Source: a virus
Lineage: Duplodnaviria > Caudoviricetes
Length of the DNA: 28,523 nucleotides
Virus record (IMG/VR): IMGVR_UViG_3300032239_001561
Location: 1-28,523 of that record
Reading direction: 5' to 3' (one strand)
In this document: positions 22,636-28,523 of the stretch, piece by piece
Layout of the letters: each line of letters starts with the position of its first letter
How positions within the stretch are numbered: the first letter of the stretch is position 1
Translations under genes and position numbers: made by a program
The notes under the pieces: model-generated
Seen by the model: the letters and a program-made list of their open reading frames with translations, nothing else
Told to the model about the DNA's origin: nothing
The model's database searches: none

Positions 22636-24875
22636 TGCCTTACGACCTCAAAAAGAAAGGTGGCAAATTCGCCGTCGTGAAAAAGGATTCCGGCGAGACT
22701 GTTCCTGGCGGATTGCATACAACTAAAGAAAAGGCGGAAGCGCACCTGAAAGCACTTTTTGCCAATGTTAAATCAACCGATAACTCAACTAGCTTTATGA
22801 GCAAAGAATTTCTAAAATGCCGCGCCTCCGGTGCGGAAATCAAGACGAGCCAACCTTGGGCGCAGGGAGCCACCACCACATTCTGTTACATGCCCGCTGG
22901 CGTCCACACTATCACCGCCGGATTCCGAGACAAAGCAATCAACATCACTGTCAATGTCCATGAAGGCACTGCTGAAAAGGTTCAAGCCAGCTTTCAATCC
23001 CTCAAAGCCGAAGCTCCGAAACAATCGCCGTTCGGGGACATTGAACATGACGAGAAGGAAGCATCCTTCCATCCCGTCGGCTTCAGTTGGGGCGACCATC
23101 TCGGCGACCAAGGCGTCATCTGTTCCTGCGAACCAACCGCGCTCGGCGAACGCAATGTGAACGGCAAGATTCACCGCAGCTTCTCCCCGTCCTTCGCCAC
23201 GGACGCCGATTACAGCAAAGCCAAGCTGGTTGATGGCTGCTACACTTTCCCTGAAGGCGTTCGCGGTTCGCAGTCCAATCCTGCGGAAGTGATTGGCATT
23301 GACTTCTGCGTCGGGACGCTGACCAACAAGCCTGCGTTCCGCGCTATGCCGCCAGTGAAGGCGAAGAAGCGGGATGTTGTCAAGGGCGGTGCGCCGATGG
23401 GGAATCGCAATGCGGCTAAAGATTCTGAACCGCACCATGTTCATGGCGGAAACGAAGAAAAGAAGCAAGGATTTGGAAATCGAAAAGAGGCTGAAAGTTA
23501 CGCCAAAACCGCGTCTAAAATGTTTGGCGATTCAACAATGCACGTTGTTCATTCCGGTTCCAACGAGACGGTCTCAAAGTTTTATCAGGGGAAAGTCAAG
23601 GCTTCCGACGCCTCTGCCTCCGATTCCATCCACGCCGCCGAAGCCATCTCCGACATGCCTTCCCCGACTGACTCTCAAGAAGACTACGCCGACCTCGCCA
23701 AATGCGCCGAGTTCAAGACCAAGGTCGCCGAGGCTCACGATGAAGTCTTCCCCGACGGCGAGAAGCACGGCAAGAAGTTCAAACTTCACAACGAGGCCGC
23801 GATGGCTCACAAAGCCGCCGCCGAAGTGTGTGACGACGCCGCTTGCCGCCAATCCCATCAGGAAGCCGCCGACAAACACCTTGAAGCCGCCAAGGAGCAC
23901 GGCAAAATCATCGCAACCGACAAGGCCAAGACCGCGAAGATTATGGCGGTTGAAGCTGAAATGGATATGGCGAAAATTACGGCGGAAGAATCTGGCGAAT
24001 ACGAGGACGCCGCCAAGCATGCCGAACTGTGCAGCGCAGTGGCGAATGCCCACGAAGAGATTTATCCCGACGGCGAGAAGCATGGGAGCAAGTTCCAAGC
24101 GCATTCCGTCGCTGCTGAAGCGCACCGCAACGCCGCCAAGCTGGCCGGTGACAACCACCAGATTGAACTGCATTCCGACAAGGCCGATGAGCATGAGGCG
24201 AAAGCGGATGAGCATGCGAATGTGAAGGCTTATAAGAAGGGTGGAAGCGCGGACGTCGTGAAGGCTGGCGGACCAGGAAGTGGACCGCATAAGAAGCTCG
24301 ACATTTCGACGCAAGCTCACATGGAGACGCAGCGTCTGAATGGGATGAAGAATGTCTCAAAGAAAGAACACGAGAACGCCGCCGAAATGCATGAAGAGGC
24401 CGCGAGAACTTTCAGAAAAGGCGGAACTCTTGAAAATCCGTTCAAAGAACAGATGAACGCCTATCATCTTCAGAGGGCTGATTATCACAGAGCCGAAGCC
24501 GGAAAGATTAAAGCGTCCGACGCCTCCGCATCCGTCCTCGCCGACTTGGTCAAGGCCGGTGCGCCGATGGGGAATAAGAATGCGGCGAAGGACGGCGGGT
24601 CTGAGGGAAAGAAAGAGAAGTTCGACGCAGCGCATGCTTTTGCGCTTCACAACGAATCTCCAAGCGCGGCTAATGCGTATGCCGGAAAGCATGGATTCAA
24701 GCTCGTTCCTCATGGAAGCGAAGTGCATATAACGAAAGCTTCCGACGCATCCTCCTCCGATTCCATCCGCTCCGCCTCCGTCCTCGCCGACTTGGTCAAG
24801 GCCAAGAACGAGCCGGTCAAGCTGACCGACAGCAAATCAATTTTGGCATCGCTCGCCCGTGCGAAGTCAAATTAA
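22635..24875 (+). CDS. Mu-like prohead protease fused to multiple repeat modules
   Basis: MPAG, GDIEHD, SFSPSF and GTLTNKPAF match the Mu gp32/I protease pattern; followed by about 500 aa of VKA-delimited modules. Confidence 0.8.
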   Translation: MPYDLKKKGGKFAVVKKDSGETVPGGLHTTKEKAEAHLKALFANVKSTDNSTSFMSKEFLKCRASGAEIKTSQPWAQGATTTFCYMPAGVHTITAGFRDKAINITVNVHEGTAEKVQASFQSLKAEAPKQSPFGDIEHDEKEASFHPVGFSWGDHLGDQGVICSCEPTALGERNVNGKIHRSFSPSFATDADYSKAKLVDGCYTFPEGVRGSQSNPAEVIGIDFCVGTLTNKPAFRAMPPVKAKKRDVVKGGAPMGNRNAAKDSEPHHVHGGNEEKKQGFGNRKEAESYAKTASKMFGDSTMHVVHSGSNETVSKFYQGKVKASDASASDSIHAAEAISDMPSPTDSQEDYADLAKCAEFKTKVAEAHDEVFPDGEKHGKKFKLHNEAAMAHKAAAEVCDDAACRQSHQEAADKHLEAAKEHGKIIATDKAKTAKIMAVEAEMDMAKITAEESGEYEDAAKHAELCSAVANAHEEIYPDGEKHGSKFQAHSVAAEAHRNAAKLAGDNHQIELHSDKADEHEAKADEHANVKAYKKGGSADVVKAGGPGSGPHKKLDISTQAHMETQRLNGMKNVSKKEHENAAEMHEEAARTFRKGGTLENPFKEQMNAYHLQRADYHRAEAGKIKASDASASVLADLVKAGAPMGNKNAAKDGGSEGKKEKFDAAHAFALHNESPSAANAYAGKHGFKLVPHGSEVHITKASDASSSDSIRSASVLADLVKAKNEPVKLTDSKSILASLARAKSN
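24531..24803 (+). repeat. 27-bp exact direct repeat TCCGTCCTCGCCGACTTGGTCAAGGCC
   Basis: Copies at 24531-24557 and 24777-24803, encoding the linker SVLADLVKA. Confidence 0.85.
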
Positions 24876-24911
24876 CAAACAGGGCATTAACAACAACTAA
24901 CAAAACTAACG

Positions 24912-26609
24912 ATGAAAATCACGTTTGTAAAAGCCCATGCCGATTTCAAAATTGGGCAAGAATTGGACGTCACGGCTGAACAGGCCGTTCCGCTCCTGAA
25001 CGATGGCTTCTGCATCACGGCGTCTGAGTATGCCGCGCAGCAGAATGTCGTCAAAGCCAAGCACGACCAGGTCAAAGCCGCCGTCCTCAAGGCGAAAGAC
25101 GCTGGTAAAATTGAACCGAAGGACGAGACCGTCCAAGCGGAACACATTGCGCTGGTTGACGCCGGCAACGACGTCTCCCTCGTGGTCAAGTCCATTGAAG
25201 GCTTGCCCGTCAAGGCGAAGAGCAACCTCTCGACCCGCGTCACCGCTGGTGAAGGTGCTGGCTCCGAAGTCTCTATCGGCGACCTCGGCTTGCGCGACAC
25301 CGTGAAAGCCTACCTCCATGCGAGCGAACCTTTCGCGAAGACCCTCCGTCAAGGTGGCATCCTCCGCGCTTCCCGTGGCGATGCTCGCGGCATCGAAGAT
25401 GCTGTGGCCGCCTCCCGCGTCCGCGCTTCCATTGGCAAGAAATTGGCTGACATGATTGCGGCGGGCGGCGACTTCCGCTTGACCAAGGACATCATCACGG
25501 CGAACAGCAACGGCACGGATGTCACCGACTCCTCGCTCGGCACGCTGAACACCGGCTTGACCCTCCAGTGGAACCTCGGTTTCCTGGCGAATCAGCTGGC
25601 CATCATAGATGACATCACGACCGACATCAGCAACACGCCGGTCATGTTCAACCAATACGCCCGCACTCGCTACATCAGCGTTCCTGGCGTTCAGTTGAAG
25701 ACGTCGAGCAACGCTTGGAGCGGCTTGGCTGGTAACGATGTGGACGTGAACGTCCTCATGGACACTCACGCGGGCATCCCGATTACCATCAACAACAACG
25801 TCCTCGGCAGCACTGCTCGCCAGCTGTTCAATGAACAGAAGGCTCCGCAGATGTATGGCTTGGGCGAATACATCATCTACAAGCTGGTCAACACCATCGT
25901 GAATGGCTCGACCCGCATTGCGAATGACGGTCACACGACCTCGACCATCAAGTTCAATCCCGCTTACGTCAACGCTGCTGGTGGCAACACCTTCAACGTG
26001 GCCGGTGCGACGCTCTCTACCTTCGTGGCCGACCTTCCGGCGGCGATGGACGAAAGCAAATTCCCTGGTGGTGACGAAGAGGATGGCGCGGCTGACTTGC
26101 AACGCTTCGCGTGGGTTCATACCCGCGTGTATGCCGGTGCTGCTGCCGACACGAACTTCGTGCTCAACCAGAGCATTCAGGGCATCAAGCAGAACATGGG
26201 TGAGAACCTCATCCAGACTGGCCGCTTCAGCCGGATTGGTAACACCAAGTTCCGCAAGAGCCAATTGATGACCGACACCATCGGCGTCACAGGCAACGGC
26301 ACGGACGGTGGCGCGAACGCCATCTTCGTGACTCCTGGTGCCTTCGCCAATGCGAAGACGGCTGGTTTCGCGGGCACGCGCTCCTCGCTGCTCTTTGTGA
26401 GCCGCGTTCCGCTGGACTACACCAAAGTGATGCCGGAAATTCCGAGCACCGCTGCCATCGAGCTTGTCACCGAGCCGAAAACCGGCATGACCTTCATGGT
26501 CGTGAAATACCTCGACCACGCCTACGAAACGGCCAACATGCGCGTTCAGCTCATGTTCGGCACTGCGATTGGCGACGAACGTCAAGGCATGCTCCTGAAT
26601 GTGAAATAA
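24912..26609 (+). CDS. Major capsid protein with long N-terminal scaffold-like region
   Basis: Follows the protease; strongly biased codons; about 370-aa C-terminal region of HK97-fold size ending MFGTAIGDERQG; downstream hairpin. Confidence 0.8.
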   Translation: MKITFVKAHADFKIGQELDVTAEQAVPLLNDGFCITASEYAAQQNVVKAKHDQVKAAVLKAKDAGKIEPKDETVQAEHIALVDAGNDVSLVVKSIEGLPVKAKSNLSTRVTAGEGAGSEVSIGDLGLRDTVKAYLHASEPFAKTLRQGGILRASRGDARGIEDAVAASRVRASIGKKLADMIAAGGDFRLTKDIITANSNGTDVTDSSLGTLNTGLTLQWNLGFLANQLAIIDDITTDISNTPVMFNQYARTRYISVPGVQLKTSSNAWSGLAGNDVDVNVLMDTHAGIPITINNNVLGSTARQLFNEQKAPQMYGLGEYIIYKLVNTIVNGSTRIANDGHTTSTIKFNPAYVNAAGGNTFNVAGATLSTFVADLPAAMDESKFPGGDEEDGAADLQRFAWVHTRVYAGAAADTNFVLNQSIQGIKQNMGENLIQTGRFSRIGNTKFRKSQLMTDTIGVTGNGTDGGANAIFVTPGAFANAKTAGFAGTRSSLLFVSRVPLDYTKVMPEIPSTAAIELVTEPKTGMTFMVVKYLDHAYETANMRVQLMFGTAIGDERQGMLLNVK

Positions 26610-26614
26610 TCAAC

Positions 26615-26645
26615 TCGGGAGCGGGGTTCAAAGCCTCGCTCCCGA
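26615..26645 (+). terminator. Strong hairpin after the capsid gene (stabiliser or partial terminator)
   Basis: TCGGGAGCGGGG-ttcaaag-CCTCGCTCCCGA, 12-bp stem, no U-tract. Confidence 0.55.
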
Positions 26646-26678
26646 ATAACCAAACAAACAATCAGCTTGAATAAAAAT

Positions 26679-27209
26679 ATGAAGAAATTCTCTCTTATCG
26701 CCATCGCGGCTTTGGTCGCCTTGGCTTCCTTCGGGGCGGACGTCGTTCGTTACGGTGGCGGCAATGTTGCCGTCAACAGTGCGAATGGTTCCGCTTCCAT
26801 CACCAACGGTCTGTATGCCTACTCCATTGCAGGTGGCGCGACCGCTACGAACCTCGAGTTGCTCAATCCGGGCAGCTACTATCAAAACAGCGACTTGATT
26901 GTCACGATTCAGGCGCAAGCCACAGCGGCGACGACTACGAATGCGGTGTTCACGTTCTCGGCGACTGGCAGCAATATCAGCGTCACGAACTCCGCGACGA
27001 CGGGTGCAAGTGGTTCGGCTGCGCCTCGCGGGACGTTCTTGACCGTTACGTTGCCGCTGAACGGCACAACGGCTGTCACGACCAACATCGTGTTATCGCC
27101 CGCGACCGCTCCGGCGTTTGCGAATGGCCTGAATGTCTATCTGGAAAGCATCCAGATGGGCACCGGCACGGCCTCGCTGACGAATTACACCGTCACAGCA
27201 GTTCAGTAA
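26679..27209 (+). CDS. Thr/Ala/Asn-rich protein with N-terminal signal-peptide-like segment
   Basis: MKKFSLIAIAALVALASFGA; predicted beta-rich body; start at ATG 26679. Confidence 0.75.
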   Translation: MKKFSLIAIAALVALASFGADVVRYGGGNVAVNSANGSASITNGLYAYSIAGGATATNLELLNPGSYYQNSDLIVTIQAQATAATTTNAVFTFSATGSNISVTNSATTGASGSAAPRGTFLTVTLPLNGTTAVTTNIVLSPATAPAFANGLNVYLESIQMGTGTASLTNYTVTAVQ

Positions 27210-27216
27210 TCAATCG

Positions 27217-27265
27217 AGGCTGGCGGTGCGGTGCTTAAAACCACTCACCGCCAGCCTTGCTCTTT
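27217..27265 (+). terminator. Hairpin / probable terminator
   Basis: AGGCTGGCGGTG (27217-27228) pairs with CACCGCCAGCCT (27246-27257), followed by TGCTCTTT. Confidence 0.55.
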
Positions 27266-28048
27266 ATGTTTGCCAACGCTACAAAAATTGCCTCGTTCGT
27301 CATTGCTAACGGCGGCTCAAAGTATGTCGTCGGCGACAAATGCTTTTACCCAACCGACAGCCCGCAAGATTTCAGCAGTGGCTGGTTTCAAGTTTCCTCG
27401 GTTGACGGCAATGGGGCGGTTACTGGTTTAATCGTTCTCGATTACGGCGGCTGGCTCAATCCGCAAAGCAATCCAGCGAAGCTGATTGGCGGCAACGGAA
27501 CCGACCTTCAGTTAACCATCACTTACACAATTTACTGGCAAAATGTTCCCTGGATTGTTCCGACTAGCGCAGGCCTTGAGTATTTACTTTCCGTAGTGGT
27601 TCAGAATCCGGTCAGCACCCTGTCTGACCAGTCGAGCCGCAGTGACCAAGTTGTGCGCCTTGCCGTCCAGAAAGTCCGTGGAGCAATCGCTGTCGCTCGC
27701 CGGACGCCTTTGTCCGTCACGGCTCTTTCCGTCCCGCCAGAGGCTGAAGCGCACGTTTATGCGCTGTCCCTTCAAATGCTCATCGGGAGCAATCCGAATC
27801 TCGCCAAATACGCAATCAGCGAAGCCGGTTCAAGCAAGCCCGCGCTCGCCCTGATGATTGATGAGGCCGACGCTTGGGTCAAATCCGTCCGCGAAGGCCG
27901 CGCTGTGGAATACCCCAGCGACCCAGACCCCACTTTCAAGACCGCAGTTCGCGAAGGCGCGATGAGCATGGAAGAAGACCTCTCCACGTTCTCCGCTCCC
28001 AATTATCCCAGCCCTCCGCAGTCTTGGTTAGGAATAGGCCAGCCATGA
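27266..28048 (+). CDS. Probable head-tail adaptor (Mu gp36-like C-terminus) with extra N-terminal beta domain
   Basis: Position after head genes; VRGAI...VPPE...DEADAWVKSVREG resembles gp36-like adaptors. Confidence 0.55.
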   Translation: MFANATKIASFVIANGGSKYVVGDKCFYPTDSPQDFSSGWFQVSSVDGNGAVTGLIVLDYGGWLNPQSNPAKLIGGNGTDLQLTITYTIYWQNVPWIVPTSAGLEYLLSVVVQNPVSTLSDQSSRSDQVVRLAVQKVRGAIAVARRTPLSVTALSVPPEAEAHVYALSLQMLIGSNPNLAKYAISEAGSSKPALALMIDEADAWVKSVREGRAVEYPSDPDPTFKTAVREGAMSMEEDLSTFSAPNYPSPPQSWLGIGQP

Positions 28049-28308
28049 GAATCATAAACACGGAAACCAAAAGCAGTGATTGGGACAGGTTCATCCCGAG
28101 AGTCAGTCAAGAGGTTGAGATTGGATTCGAGACGGCGCAACAGATTGCGACACAACAAGGAATAGACCAGAACAATGTCAGACGCAGACTTAAGAAGTTG
28201 GTTGCCGTTGGCGAGGTTGAGGAAAAAATTTTCAAGGTTGGGAAAAACTATGCAACGCACTACCGCATAATCAAAAAGCATGAAAAATCCAGTCGCAAAA
28301 ATTCGTAA
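28045..28308 (+). CDS. Small winged-HTH protein
   Basis: GFETAQQIATQQGIDQNNVRRRLKKLVAVGEVE...HYR; ATGA overlap at 28045. Confidence 0.65.
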   Translation: MRIINTETKSSDWDRFIPRVSQEVEIGFETAQQIATQQGIDQNNVRRRLKKLVAVGEVEEKIFKVGKNYATHYRIIKKHEKSSRKNS

Positions 28309-28523
28309 CATCGTTGTTGTTGGCGACACGCACTGCGGCTCTCAGGCTGCAATCATGCCGCCAGGATTCAAGCTCAAGGACGGGCAAGAAGTGAAGATGA
28401 GCCGCCCGCAGGAGTTTCTTTGGAAATGCTGGAAGGAGTTTGGCCGCTTTGTTGCTGATACGACCAACGGCGAGCCATTCGTCCTGATTCACAACGGTGA
28501 CCAGATTGACGGCGCACACCACA
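28280..28523 (+). CDS. Calcineurin-like metallophosphoesterase, runs off the right edge
   Basis: Absent from the ORF track. My translation: MKNPVAKIRNIVVVGDTHCG...LIHNGDQIDG, containing DxH and GDxxD motifs. Confidence 0.8.
   Translation, partial: MKNPVAKIRNIVVVGDTHCGSQAAIMPPGFKLKDGQEVKMSRPQEFLWKCWKEFGRFVADTTNGEPFVLIHNGDQIDGAHH

Noticed and set aside
23374-24320. 283-aa plus-strand and 248-aa minus-strand ORFs inside the protease gene
   Set aside because: Pro/Arg/Ser-rich alternative-frame and antisense readings typical of GC3-biased genes.
21571-24600. Repeat-spacer pattern as CRISPR array or DGR
   Set aside because: Repeats are in-frame, degenerate and hundreds of bases apart; no cas or reverse transcriptase gene, and no adenine-specific variation seen.
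24906-26585. 559-aa minus-strand ORF
   Set aside because: Antisense shadow of the codon-biased capsid gene; no recognisable motifs.
1-28523. Host assignment (e.g. Verrucomicrobiota) from scarce Shine-Dalgarno sites and A-rich start contexts
   Set aside because: Suggestive only; no host gene or att site is in the window.

Overview
The whole window reads as part of a tailed dsDNA phage or prophage genome; no host genes, integrase, tRNA or CRISPR array are visible. From left to right: (1) a leftward early operon (<1-2033) ending in a pyrimidine-dimer-glycosylase-like gene; (2) a divergent control region; (3) a replication block (HTH initiator with internal iteron-like repeats, primase-helicase, MazG-like pyrophosphatase, beta-clamp homologue); (4) a separately promoted thymidine-modification cluster (T4-BGT-like glycosyltransferase, HAD phosphatase, 5-hmdU-DNA-kinase-like protein, dUMP-hydroxymethylase-like thymidylate synthase, DUF1599-like protein, dCMP deaminase); (5) small accessory genes; (6) terminase genes split by a GIY-YIG endonuclease; (7) a regulatory insert with a second HTH initiator-like gene and an inverted sigma factor; (8) a Mu-like head module. 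The main candidates for new biology are a possible glycosylated-hydroxymethyluracil pathway, head polyproteins built from VKA-delimited modules, a four-way-junction RNA with a possible kissing loop, two antisense/attenuator-like leaders, and a RusA-like resolvase whose halves lie in overlapping frames. All family assignments come from motif recognition by eye; no searches were run.
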